Positions 41,165 through 51,075 are shown, counted from the first letter of the whole stretch. The stretch: 62,669 nt of DNA, filler included, from Candidatus Ancaeobacter aquaticus (GCA_030765405.1; 6 parts of 6 records of this genome joined end to end with filler, not necessarily neighbours in it); one strand, 5' to 3'. Notes: a model not told the origin generated them from the sequence alone. Numbers and translations: made by a program.

Positions 41165-42297
41165 GATGAGCGAGTGTCACTTTTGTAGTTTGTTATCAAT
41201 CTCGATTGAGGGAAAATTTCTTTTCTATGAGCCTCTTCGCAGAATTTATAGGGTCCAAAAAGATCTTTGGTGAGTGCGTAGGTCTGTGCGACACAGCTTC
41301 CCAAACACTGGTTTTTATGTATGCAGATTTTGCAAATGCCGTGAAGCGCTTTAGGCATTTTTGAGCGAAATTCCTGAAGCTGAGGACTATTTTTCCAAAT
41401 TGAACTCATTTTTTCTTTACGCACATTGCCAAATAGAAGATTTTCTTCAGTTCTTCCTATCCCGCAGTATGATACCTTGCCGTCTGAGAGAAGCCCCACG
41501 ATAGTGAAAATACTGCAGAAACCGCACGAGTTATGAAGTATCTGTTGTGTGGACTTAAATGCTACGGGAATATGTAAAAAAATGCTCAGGGACGGATATC
41601 TTTTTTTGTATTCATTTTGGACTCTTTTGTTCAGGGCTAAAATCTCTTCAATATCAATATATTTTTCTTTTTCGTTTATAGTTTTGGCTCTGCCAACCGG
41701 GCTCATAATGTTTATCTTGAGATGGCAATCCGTAAATTCTTTATCGAGAAACGCCATGAACGATTCGAGCTCAGAAAAATTATCGTTCATTAAAGAGAAT
41801 ATCACCTCATAATTGAATTTTAGTTCATTGAGCAGTCTGACGCTCTCTAAAGCCTTATGAAAAGACCCATGGACACCGCGAATAGCGTCGTGTGTTTCTG
41901 GAACAGCGCCGTCTATGCTCACACTTACCGGACAGTTATATTTTTTTAGATCCTTTACAATATCTTTTGTGAGTAACAATCCGTTTGTTTCTATGGGGAC
42001 GGATAAATCCTTGCTATTAAAGTATGCAATATAGTCCATGATGTCAGGGTGTAGGAATGGTTCACCTCCGGTGAGTTTTACGGAACTAAGTCCTAGTGGA
42101 AGACAGTCCTCTATAACGGCTTTTAATTCATCAAATGTGAGATTGTCCTTATTTTGATCGGAATATGCATTACTTGAAGCGTCCGGTGCAAAATTAGGGA
42201 CTACCCAACAGTGCTTGCATTTTAAGTTGCAGCTTTCAGTCGGGTAAAAATAAATACTTCTTAGAGGATACCTGTCAGTTTTTTTAATTTTTTTCAT
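41161..42297 (-). CDS. scmF: Radical SAM/SPASM maturase, ScmF-like
   Basis: YPLRSIYFYPTESCNLKCKHCW, GGEP, SPASM CGFC...YC...CKICIHKNQCLGSC. Confidence 0.75.
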   Translation of the reverse strand: MKKIKKTDRYPLRSIYFYPTESCNLKCKHCWVVPNFAPDASSNAYSDQNKDNLTFDELKAVIEDCLPLGLSSVKLTGGEPFLHPDIMDYIAYFNSKDLSVPIETNGLLLTKDIVKDLKKYNCPVSVSIDGAVPETHDAIRGVHGSFHKALESVRLLNELKFNYEVIFSLMNDNFSELESFMAFLDKEFTDCHLKINIMSPVGRAKTINEKEKYIDIEEILALNKRVQNEYKKRYPSLSIFLHIPVAFKSTQQILHNSCGFCSIFTIVGLLSDGKVSYCGIGRTEENLLFGNVRKEKMSSIWKNSPQLQEFRSKMPKALHGICKICIHKNQCLGSCVAQTYALTKDLFGPYKFCEEAHRKEIFPQSRLITNYKSDTRSS

Positions 42298-42333
42298 AGA
42301 AAATCCTTAACAAATTTAAATTTCCCAAAATTA

Positions 42334-42397
42334 CACCGCGTAGGAGTAACAAGTTCCACCTACGCGGTGAACGGTGTAGTTTCACCTACGCGGTGAA
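42334..42397. repeat. REP-like repeats between the two rSAM genes
   Basis: CACCGCGTAGG (42334) inverted to CCTACGCGGTG; CACCTACGCGGTGAA at 42357 and 42383. Confidence 0.6.
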
Positions 42398-43506
42398 TTT
42401 CTTATCAGTCTGTTGTCTCTGGTCTTGCTTTTCGTTATATAGCTTTCTTTCTCTCCGGTATGCACCTTATAGCACGATGTCGGATCCCAGCCGGTAATTC
42501 CTTTTTCGTAATCAAAGGGAATGGCAGGGCAACCGCCACGGCAAAGCGGCATGTACTCGCATTTGTGACACTCAGGCATATTATTGATCTTTTTTTCGCG
42601 CCGTGAGCGCAGTTCGTTCATTTCTTTGCTATTATGCCATATGTCGTAGAGTGACTGCTCTTTAATATTTCCTGTTTTGTATTCCCATAGGCGGCTGCAG
42701 GGGATGACCCATCCATCCGGCCGAACAGAACAATCTTCGATCCCGCCGTTACAGCTGGTCATATAACATTTTTCAGGGTCATAGTTTTTTACACTGTATT
42801 CTTTGAATGTGCGCATAAACGATTCTTCATTTATGAGAGGTCCGCTGATATAATTTCCGTACTTCTCTTTTAGACTTTTTACTGTTTCAAGAAGCTCTTG
42901 TTCCTGTTTTGGTGAGATTATCAAAGTGTTTATGTGATTGCGACAATATCCTACCGGCAGAAAACTTGTAAAATTGCAGGAGTGAACACCGAGTTTTTTT
43001 CCGAGTTTGATTATGTTTTCCATGTCGTCAATATTGTGCGTTGTTATACAAGAGAAGGTGATCGTCGGTACGTTATGCTCTAATAAGTTTTTGATGCCGC
43101 GTGTTGCTTTATCAAAAGATCCCGCCGGCCTGATCTTTTCGTGTGTTTCCGGGCACGAGCCGTCAATGCTGACTTGCACTGTTTCAATACGTTTATACCG
43201 GGAAAGATAATTTGCCATATATTTATCGATGAGTGTGCCGTTGGTGTTTATGTGCAGCCTGAAATGATATGAGAATATGTGGTCGATTAGCTCTCTTATG
43301 TCAGGTCTCATAAACGGTTCCCCGCCGCTCATGATAAACCGAAACACTTTCAGGCGGGCGCATTCATCTATGAAATTCTTCCACTCTTCGGTAGTGAGGT
43401 CTCCGGGCGCATTTTTTGTGTCTGCGACATTGCAATGCTTGCAATTGAGGTTGCAGAGATTGGTTATTTCTAAAGAGACTTTTTTTGGAGCTGATAATAT
43501 TTTCAT
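42382..43506 (-). CDS. scmE: Radical SAM/SPASM maturase, ScmE-like
   Basis: CNLNCKHC, GGEP, SPASM CNGG...PC...CHKCEYMPLCRGGCP...C. Confidence 0.7.
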   Translation of the reverse strand: MKILSAPKKVSLEITNLCNLNCKHCNVADTKNAPGDLTTEEWKNFIDECARLKVFRFIMSGGEPFMRPDIRELIDHIFSYHFRLHINTNGTLIDKYMANYLSRYKRIETVQVSIDGSCPETHEKIRPAGSFDKATRGIKNLLEHNVPTITFSCITTHNIDDMENIIKLGKKLGVHSCNFTSFLPVGYCRNHINTLIISPKQEQELLETVKSLKEKYGNYISGPLINEESFMRTFKEYSVKNYDPEKCYMTSCNGGIEDCSVRPDGWVIPCSRLWEYKTGNIKEQSLYDIWHNSKEMNELRSRREKKINNMPECHKCEYMPLCRGGCPAIPFDYEKGITGWDPTSCYKVHTGEKESYITKSKTRDNRLIRNSPRR

Positions 43507-43513
43507 GTCGTGA

Positions 43514-43786
43514 TTATTTTTCTATATAGTGCAAATCCTGTAGATTTTTAATAAATGCGTCACAGTCATTTTTGAGATCTGTTTCGCTAATATCGGGGAA
43601 TTCTTTTTTTAAATCATTGAGTATCTCATGCAGTTCTTTTCCTTGTGTCATGCCTTCCCAGACAATGATGCCGGTCGCATTAATAACGCTGACACCACCG
43701 GTATCAGGATCATAGAGGAACGCGTCTTCATCTTCTTTTCGGAGAACAATTTCTTTATTGATAACCAGTTTTTTATCGGTGTACAT
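43514..43786 (-). CDS. scmD: PqqD-family RiPP recognition element, ScmD-like
   Basis: INKEIVLRKEDEDAFLYDPDTG...INATGIIVWE...DCDAFIKNL. Confidence 0.85.
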   Translation of the reverse strand: MYTDKKLVINKEIVLRKEDEDAFLYDPDTGGVSVINATGIIVWEGMTQGKELHEILNDLKKEFPDISETDLKNDCDAFIKNLQDLHYIEK

Positions 43787-43848
43787 TGATCAATCCTTTC
43801 CTTTTTAAATCGGAAATTGTTTTGGTAATATCCCTTTTAGCTTGCATG

Positions 43849-43975
43849 TCAGCAATTCCGCAACAAAGTATTTTAGCTCACCATAAGTCATTCTATTTAC
43901 GATATTTTAGTGGTAAACGCCTTGTATGAGCAAATTCGCATTGGATTCGAAGTATTATGTTGACATAAAAACTGA
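43849..43975. repeat. 127-nt end of a multicopy element (probable IS terminus, starts CAG), copy 1
   Basis: Identical to 62543-62669; both copies end contigs. Confidence 0.85.
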
Positions 43976-44075
43976 NNNNNNNNNNNNNNNNNNNNNNNNN
44001 NNNNNNNNNNNNNNNNNNNTTAATTAATTAANNNNNNNNNNNNNNNNNNNNNNNNNNNNNNNNNNNNNNNNNNNN
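43976..44075. other. Artificial contig linker
   Basis: N44-TTAATTAATTAA-N44. Confidence 0.98.
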
Positions 44076-44214
44076 CCAGCTTTGAAGAATCAAGGGGATT
44101 TTTTGCGTATTTCTTTGCAGGGATAAGAGTTCAAGATTCAGAGACAAAAAGGTAGTGCAACTTAAATTACAGAATGCTAATACATAGGAGGCACCGGCTA
44201 GAACTGAACCATGA

Positions 44215-45505
44215 TTAAGAGCTATCCATACGGATTTGGAACTTGACGTTTAGGCACGAAGGATCTAGTTCTATACAACGAAGGTCCTCCAAAAGCTGAT
44301 GGGCAATATTTCGAATGGAACCCAATCCATTTGCAAAGCTCTTTTTCAACAAAGAACCTTTTTCAATGAGTTGATTAATGAAATGGGCTATTTGTAATAA
44401 TAGGTAAAAGTTTTTCATGGCTCTCTCGTTTGTCGAGTAGAGGTGTTCTAGCCGGTAGCCTCCGTTCTTCTGCATATTAAATCCTTGATTCTCAATTTTC
44501 CATCGCAGCCTCCCGCCGTAATTGGCTATTTGTTGATGGTTTTTCTGCGTAATCGGAATATCCGTTAACCAAACATATTTTGTTTTTTTGCCATTTCTCT
44601 TATCTTCATCACACTCCAAAACATGAAAGATTCTATCTTCACTATAATGCTCTAAAGGGCTTACCCATGCATAATGTTGGATTATTCCTTCCTTAAATCT
44701 TAGTTTAGATTTGTTCTCCGGATGCAGTTTCTTTATCCTCCCGTACCAGTCATAAACATCCGGCATTGATCCTTTCTTAAACGTAATCACGTAACTCCAA
44801 CGATTCTGTTTACATAGATCCATCACCGGCCTGTTCGCATACAAGCTATCCATTGATAGACATATCTTTAACTGAGGATATGTCTTTTTTAACCGTTTTG
44901 CTAATCGGAAAAAAGCATTGTATTCACAGTCCTGTTTCTTTTTATCAGGCTGTTTTTCTATGAACTCTGTCTCCAAACTGAGCGAAAGTCCGTTATAAAA
45001 TATCAGCTTTGCTTCCAATACATGATGATAGTAAATCTTCACTCCCGGCCGTATCTCTTTGACCAGACATTTCTCGCAATGCTTTTCTTTAAACCAATAT
45101 TGTCCCGTTCCATCTATCGCTACCAACCAGTATCTTCCTAATAATCTATATTGCTCTAAACATCTCATCCTTAATATTCTTTTTACCATTTTTTCTCTAA
45201 GACCGGACAACGCTTCCGGCTGCACCCGGCTCATACTGTATTTTAATGTATCTCCATGAGGCACATTCTCACACTCTGCTTGCCCCAAATAATTCAGGTG
45301 TTTTAAAAATCTATCGCTTTTAAACCGCCATGTGACCTGTCGCCGTGATTCTACTTTCGTCAGAAACATTAAACATCCTAACCAGATAATTAATGGTAAC
45401 GGATAGGTGATCTTGGTGGGATCTCTTGGATCAGGGATACTCTTCATCCATTCATGTATCTTAGGGAAAAAAATGATGCACTGTCTTATGAAAGATCTTT
45501 TGCAT
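44215..45505 (-). CDS. DDE transposase; N-terminus joined by a +1 frameshift at 45473-45461
   Basis: DPRD, AIDGTG, MDSLY, RWKIENQGFN; SD-led ATG at 45505 lies in a different frame from the main ORF (45447). Confidence 0.85.
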
Positions 45506-45522
45506 CTTATACCTCTTTCTTC

Positions 45523-45921
45523 TTATAATTGTTTTTTTTCTTTAAACTTCTTGTCTCTCACATACCCCCTTAAGATTTGTCTTTGTATTTCGTTCATCTG
45601 TTTCATAACCTTTCTTATCCTTTTATATTCCCTTATCCACTCCCGTGTCTCTGCCAACATGTCCTTTGGGACATATATCGTATGCGTCTTCTTATTTTCC
45701 TTCCATGTGAGATAATATGTTGGATGTCTCTTGCCTTTAGCACATGCACAGTTAGGATACCCGCATACTCTTCCTACCAGCACTAAGCTGCTACTCCCCA
45801 AAAACGGTGTTGGCCCCCCTAATTTTTTAAGTAGGGTTTCCCTTCTCTTCTTATAATAGTTAATAGACATTTTTTGCTTCATATAGGTTAAGTATATCAA
45901 CTCACCCGATTTTGTCAACAA
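45523..45921 (-). CDS. IS accessory protein (DUF6788-like)
   Basis: CGYPNCACAKGKRHPTYYLTWKENKKTHTIYVP; inside the inverted repeats. Confidence 0.7.
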   Translation of the reverse strand: MLTKSGELIYLTYMKQKMSINYYKKRRETLLKKLGGPTPFLGSSSLVLVGRVCGYPNCACAKGKRHPTYYLTWKENKKTHTIYVPKDMLAETREWIREYKRIRKVMKQMNEIQRQILRGYVRDKKFKEKKQL

Positions 45922-46248
45922 AAATCTTCTTGCGAAGAAATATTTTTTGACAGTTTATCCATTGTGCGCCAGAACAGCGCATATATGCCTGCTTAGACAG
46001 ATTTATAGGTGCGAAGAATTATTGATTCTTCAGAGCTGAGATTTTTGTGGTTGGGGAATTATGAAATGAAAAACGTCTACTTTAAATTTTAAATCTGCAG
46101 GGATAAAAAACAAGGCGGAGAGTTCCTTACCGGCCATTACCAATTCCTGCAAACAAAAAAGGCCTATTTTGGGCACATATTCATTTTAATAATTTATGCG
46201 TGGTTGTAAGTTGCTGCAATAGAAAAGCTTATTAGTAGATAAAAATAA

Positions 46249-46336
46249 TGGCGGAGGAGGTAGGATTCGAACCCACGGTACCGTTAAGTACAACGGTTTT
46301 CAAGACCGCCGCTTTCAACCACTCAGCCACTCCTCC
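46249..46336 (-). tRNA. trnS: tRNA-Ser(UGA), reconstituted at the element junction
   Basis: GGAGGAG/CTCCTCC acceptor, GCGGT-CTTGAAA-ACCGT anticodon arm, long variable arm, GGTTCGAATCC, CCA. Confidence 0.96.
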
Positions 46337-46342
46337 GAATAG

Positions 46343-47425
46343 CTATACTGCACTACTTATCAATGTGTTACAATTATCTATACTCTTTATTTCGCTTCTT
46401 ATTTTTATCTCTGGTGACCAATAGGTGTCCATTCTCTTACCAAAAACATCAACTGCACGCCTTTTATGGTCTGGTGATAAATGGGAATATCTCAATGTCA
46501 TCTCAATGGTCTTGTGCCCCATCAACACCTGCACCGTCCTTATATCTATACCAAACATTACAAGATACGATGCATAAGTATGCCTTAAATCGTGAAAACG
46601 AAACTCATTTATACCAGAATTTTTTAATGCTGTCTCGAAGTTTCTTCTAAGATTTATATTTGGCTTACCATCCTTATCACAAAACACGTATGGACTTTCG
46701 GGGTCTCTTTGCATTGAACTTAAGGTTTTCATTACAAGATCATCCATATGAACTTCTCGTTTTTCGTTATTCTTTGTTTCTAACAAATAAATAATACCCT
46801 TATTTAAATCTATATCCCTCCATTGAAGACCAAGAATCTCACCCCTTCTCATGCCCGTATGCAGTGCAACAATAACAATATTCCTTAAGGCATCATCACA
46901 ATTATCAAGCAGCCTTCCAATCTCATCCTCTTCAAGATAGCGAAGTCTTTGATTATTTTCTTTTAGGAACTTCACCTTTCTAACAGGGTTATCTTCTGCT
47001 CTTTCCCATTCTATTGCTTTATTAAATATAGACTTTAAACACGCAAGCTCTCTATTCACAGTGGCAGGCGACACTTCTTTCCCTCTTTCCATCTTGTATC
47101 GTTCAATCATCAATGGGTTTATATTATAAAGATACTTACCGGCGAAATGGGTCGAGAGGTTTTTTATCAGAATTACATCCCTTACTACTACCATAGGCTT
47201 TTTGTTTAGACGTGAGTGAAGCTCGAGATAAGTCTCGGAGAAATCTTCAAATTTGATCTTCTCGTTCTTCTTAATGTCCAAGAACTTTCCCTCAGCAATT
47301 TCTATCTTCCTCTTTTCCAAAGCAAGTTTAGCAACCCTTTTATTAGGACCTGCCTTCTCTCTTCTTCGTTTACCTCTTACATAATAGTCGATATACCAGC
47401 CATCATCTTTTTTAAAAACACCCAT
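46343..47425 (-). CDS. Tyrosine recombinase/integrase
   Basis: HTGMRRGEI, FHDLRHT, LMGH, MTLRYSH. Confidence 0.95.
   Translation of the reverse strand: MGVFKKDDGWYIDYYVRGKRRREKAGPNKRVAKLALEKRKIEIAEGKFLDIKKNEKIKFEDFSETYLELHSRLNKKPMVVVRDVILIKNLSTHFAGKYLYNINPLMIERYKMERGKEVSPATVNRELACLKSIFNKAIEWERAEDNPVRKVKFLKENNQRLRYLEEDEIGRLLDNCDDALRNIVIVALHTGMRRGEILGLQWRDIDLNKGIIYLLETKNNEKREVHMDDLVMKTLSSMQRDPESPYVFCDKDGKPNINLRRNFETALKNSGINEFRFHDLRHTYASYLVMFGIDIRTVQVLMGHKTIEMTLRYSHLSPDHKRRAVDVFGKRMDTYWSPEIKIRSEIKSIDNCNTLISSAV
46413..46431 (-). promoter_or_regulatory. Integrase arm-type binding sites (left)
   Basis: TGGACACC-TAT-TGGTCACC inside the integrase 3' end; mirrored at 58648-58666. Confidence 0.6.
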
Positions 47426-47499
47426 TTATCACCTCATCATAATATTGTTTAAGTTGCCGACTGAAGCTATTTTACAACATTTAAAGCTTATTGTCACTA

Positions 47500-47712
47500 T
47501 TAATTTACAACGTTTTCCTTCCTCTCCTCAAGCCATGTATCTATCTCTTTTATATCGAATTTTACCAGTCTGCCTATCTTGTAAAATGGGATCTGTCTTT
47601 GCCATACCCAACACCTCAAAGTGTTAACGGGAATGTCCAGATAGATAGACAATCCCTCCACCCCTATCAATCTTGCTCTTAATTTCTCTATATTGATAAC
47701 TTTATTCTTCAA
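47500..47712 (-). CDS. Excisionase-type HTH protein (start uncertain)
   Basis: GLSIYLDIPVNTLRCWV...IPFYKIGRLVKFDIKEIDTWL; adjacent to the integrase. Confidence 0.8.
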   Translation of the reverse strand: MKNKVINIEKLRARLIGVEGLSIYLDIPVNTLRCWVWQRQIPFYKIGRLVKFDIKEIDTWLEERKENVVN

Positions 47713-47719
47713 TGATAGC

Positions 47720-48244
47720 CTACTTGTTATCCCTTCGTTTAAATCTATTTGCATATTTACCAAAAAGCATATATAACCCCTCGGTGCTCTTGTCATTCAA
47801 TCTATCAAATTCATTATTCATCTTCTCTTTGGTAGGCTTCCGGAGATATTTATTTGCAGCTTTTCGCTCCAACTTATTCAACTTGTGAATGTTCTTATGC
47901 AATAGCTCCCAGGAAGATTCCCGATGTCTTCTTTGCATAGAGTAAAATAGCTTATGACAGTGGCGACACGCATACTTTTCAAGTCCAGGTGAGTAAAGAT
48001 CGTTTACCATCTTCATACAGGACGGGCATTGAAAGTACAATCTAACGCCACCAAACTGTGTATTTATTCCCGTGAAATATAACGATGTAGTTATGGAGAT
48101 CTTATCATCAGAACCTAATGGGGTTATATTAGACGTAATAGAAAGTCTATTGAATTGATTCAGTGCATCTTCCTTGGCGAATTTGCCTTCTTTCAGCATC
48201 TGATATACGTTTATCTTTGGGCAATACTCAATTAATTGGCTCAT
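47720..48244 (-). CDS. Zinc-finger protein typical of integrated elements
   Basis: FGGVRLYFQCPSC...LY...ACRHCHKLFY. Confidence 0.65.
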   Translation of the reverse strand: MSQLIEYCPKINVYQMLKEGKFAKEDALNQFNRLSITSNITPLGSDDKISITTSLYFTGINTQFGGVRLYFQCPSCMKMVNDLYSPGLEKYACRHCHKLFYSMQRRHRESSWELLHKNIHKLNKLERKAANKYLRKPTKEKMNNEFDRLNDKSTEGLYMLFGKYANRFKRRDNK

Positions 48245-48603
48245 TGGTCTTCTTCCTTAATATTTTGGTTAACTTCTGTGATTTGGCTGTTTTCCTCACT
48301 TTTATCCGGCTTTTCTTTAAGTTCTTTTTGGTACTTTCTACCGTCCTTTTTTAGATCCTTGAATAGTTTTCTACGGTACTTCAAGTCTTGATAAAGCTGT
48401 TCAAAATCACCTTCGGTAAAGCCCTCAGTGCTCTCTGACGCCATCTTTACTCGTTGTTCAGAGTTCTTCACAGCCTTCTCAAGATAATACATTTCTTCCT
48501 CAGACATTCCTCGCTCCCGTTTGGCGAGTTCTAATCTACCGATTGTTTCAATTGTCAATGGGTCAGGGCATTGGGTTCCAAAAGGTCTTTTATTAACATT
48601 CAT
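48241..48603 (-). CDS. Hypothetical protein
   Basis: 120 aa, coupled to the next gene. Confidence 0.55.
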   Translation of the reverse strand: MNVNKRPFGTQCPDPLTIETIGRLELAKRERGMSEEEMYYLEKAVKNSEQRVKMASESTEGFTEGDFEQLYQDLKYRRKLFKDLKKDGRKYQKELKEKPDKSEENSQITEVNQNIKEEDQ

Positions 48604-48819
48604 TCTAATGTTCCTTTCCTATATATTCGTATCCACCCATCTTACGTCTACCCCTTATAGGGGGGTAGACTCGTATGAATGAATGGAACTTTCGTTTATA
48701 TTCGTCTTTTTGGTGTTTATGAACGAATCCCCATAGGGAAAATCTGATACATTTATTTGCGTGTATTGCTCTGACATATACGAATCTAATTATTCGTTTA
48801 TATTGATGCATAAATGTAT

Positions 48820-49788
48820 CTATAGCTTTGCATGCCATCTTGTATTTTTCCCTTTGCCTGCTTTGAATATTCTACTTTTACTATCAAGTCTTTTTAAGGC
48901 TATATCAATTTTTGTCCTTGAGACCTTGCTCTTCTTCAAGTATGTCGTTAATTCGTTGCCAGATTTGGGACACTCCATCAAAGCTTTTAAGACTATTTCC
49001 TCGTTCATTGCGGTTTCTTCTGCGTTTTCATCAATATATCGCAATTCAGTAATGGGATATGAATCAGAAACCATATCTAATTCTTCAGATTGAATTCTTG
49101 TATAAGAACAATCAAATCCTGGACGATATCTATGAAACACCTTCATTTTGACAACACCATTTGGTTCCTGTTTTATACATAATAAATTCTCCCATTCACC
49201 ATTAAAAGCTGATGAGCCCCTTAACCAGTTACCATGATAATTAGGCTTTTCAACTTTGTGTCCTGTATGATGGACGATAAGTATTGTGATGTTTTTGTTG
49301 CGTATTTCTTCGCGTATTTTGTTAAGAATAGGAGCCATATCCGAAGATGAATTTTCATCGTTCTCATGAGAGCGACTAAAAGTATCAAAAATAACTACAT
49401 CCGCTTTTGACTTCTCAATATCATCACGTATCTTATCCATGTTAGTAGCAAGATTAATAGCAACAGCATTGGACATATAGAAATTCTTGGGGAAACCTTT
49501 ACCTTTTAACATATGTTTAACTTTTGCTTTGAGCTCCCCTTGGTGGTCCTCTAATGCAAAATAAAGCACTTTTGATTTTTTAGTCTTGTATTCGCCTAGA
49601 AATGGTTTTCCTGTTGTTAGACTGAGTGCTAATTCTATAGCTATAGTTGTTTTTCCCGCCTTAGCTTGTCCTGTTATGAATGCGAGGACTCCCTTACATA
49701 GAATATTTTCAATCAACCATTGAACACGTTTATCCTTTATCTTTCCTATGGATTTATATCCAAAACCTTTATTTACTTCTCCAATCAT
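48820..49788 (-). CDS. AAA_25/RecA-family replicative helicase-like ATPase with C-terminal HTH
   Basis: GQAKAGKTT, VLYFALED, VIFDTF, IVHHT, RGSSA. Confidence 0.85.
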   Translation of the reverse strand: MIGEVNKGFGYKSIGKIKDKRVQWLIENILCKGVLAFITGQAKAGKTTIAIELALSLTTGKPFLGEYKTKKSKVLYFALEDHQGELKAKVKHMLKGKGFPKNFYMSNAVAINLATNMDKIRDDIEKSKADVVIFDTFSRSHENDENSSSDMAPILNKIREEIRNKNITILIVHHTGHKVEKPNYHGNWLRGSSAFNGEWENLLCIKQEPNGVVKMKVFHRYRPGFDCSYTRIQSEELDMVSDSYPITELRYIDENAEETAMNEEIVLKALMECPKSGNELTTYLKKSKVSRTKIDIALKRLDSKSRIFKAGKGKNTRWHAKL

Positions 49789-50059
49789 TATCTCCTCGCA
49801 ATCTATCCCTTATCAGATTTAATGCTTTGTTATACGAATAAATGTTAGTTATTGCTTCTTTGTTTATAAAATCCTTCTCAAGCTTAATGACATCGTTTTT
49901 GTACTCTGTCGGGTAACCTATTTTGATGGTTTTGCGAATTGAATTACCCTGGGCAAAGATCTCGCAGCTACAATCTGGAATCTCTGAAAGTATTAAAGCT
50001 GCTAACTTTAGCTCCGTTGTTTCGTATGTATGGTTCTGTAATCTTAATTGAATAGTCAT
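49769..50059 (-). CDS. Small replication-module protein (DUF5659-like)
   Basis: YETTELKLAALI pattern; overlaps the helicase start. Confidence 0.5.
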   Translation of the reverse strand: MTIQLRLQNHTYETTELKLAALILSEIPDCSCEIFAQGNSIRKTIKIGYPTEYKNDVIKLEKDFINKEAITNIYSYNKALNLIRDRLRGDNDWRSK

Positions 50060-50084
50060 TTCCTTATCCTTTCAATCTTGCCTT

Positions 50085-50123
50085 AAAACAAAAATAGCCA
50101 AGACTTTTATCAAATCTTGGCTA
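50085..50123 (-). terminator. Intrinsic terminator between cargo and replication module
   Basis: TAGCCAAGA/TCTTGGCTA stem followed on the minus strand by TTTTTGTTTT. Confidence 0.65.
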
Positions 50124-50183
50124 CCTTTGTATCACAGGTTATGATTTAATTCACAACCACTACAATATTTTTGTGGTTAACCT

Positions 50184-50894
50184 TTATTTATTCATTAACC
50201 CAATTCTTTCCAATGTTTTTTTTAGGACTCCACTATGGTCAGGATAAGGATAGTTTTCTTCCACTATACTATTATTTGCTGCATCTAAAATGCTAAATAT
50301 TTCTCTTGGTGCATCTGGTTTGCTGAAGTCATAACCAACTATATCCAGTCTTCTCAATAAATTCCTCAAATTCTTTTGTTTTGAATCAACCTTATCATCT
50401 AACAAAAAACCTTTCCGCTTAACACTTTCACCTAGTAGGTTAAAGAACTTCGCATCTTCTTCCGCCTGTGCTACCTTTATCCTGTCCTTTACAAAAGAAA
50501 AATACAAAAATTCTTTATCAAAAGCAACGAGGTCAAAAATACTTAAATCGCTACCTTTTTTTGCCTTAGCAATTGCAATATCAATAGTCTCTTTATACTT
50601 CTCTTCATATTTCTTCCTTTTATACTCAATATACTGCCTATGATACTCATTAACAACGTATAGCAAACTTGAAAACATCAGCTTCTCTTTTTTGCTCTTT
50701 GCATTATTACAAGATAATTCTAACCCTCTAATCAAAGTATTATACTCATGACGTTTATTGCCATAAATAAATTCATATACAGACATTACATCTTGTTTTT
50801 CTGCACGCTCAAAAAAACAGTTTACACCTACTTTCTTATGCATCGGTGTTCGTGCTTTACGTATTATCTTTTCTTTCCCTGTCTTCGCCATCAT
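50184..50894 (-). CDS. Hypothetical protein
   Basis: 236-aa ORF, co-oriented with the element. Confidence 0.6.
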   Translation of the reverse strand: MMAKTGKEKIIRKARTPMHKKVGVNCFFERAEKQDVMSVYEFIYGNKRHEYNTLIRGLELSCNNAKSKKEKLMFSSLLYVVNEYHRQYIEYKRKKYEEKYKETIDIAIAKAKKGSDLSIFDLVAFDKEFLYFSFVKDRIKVAQAEEDAKFFNLLGESVKRKGFLLDDKVDSKQKNLRNLLRRLDIVGYDFSKPDAPREIFSILDAANNSIVEENYPYPDHSGVLKKTLERIGLMNK

Positions 50895-51075
50895 ATCTCA
50901 TATCTTATTTTTTACAGTAACATGCTTTTACCCCTATTATACCATACAGATGTTAGCACTCCAAATTTTACGTTAGAAACAATGAAAATCAATAGATATA
51001 GGAACAGTTGAAAAATATAAAGATCTAACACTGAGAGATAGTTAATTGACGAGATATATTTCAGCTATCGCAAGA

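Larger units (their letters stand above)
44077..46038 (-). mobile_element. Complete two-ORF DDE insertion sequence (ISAs1-like), 1962 bp
   Basis: 17-bp terminal inverted repeats CAGCTTTGAAGAATCAA (44077-44093) and TTGATTCTTCAGAGCTG (46022-46038), 1 mismatch. Confidence 0.8.

Noticed and set aside
48605..48838. 77-aa ORF
   Set aside because: No SD or motif; spans hairpin and repeats better explained as an origin
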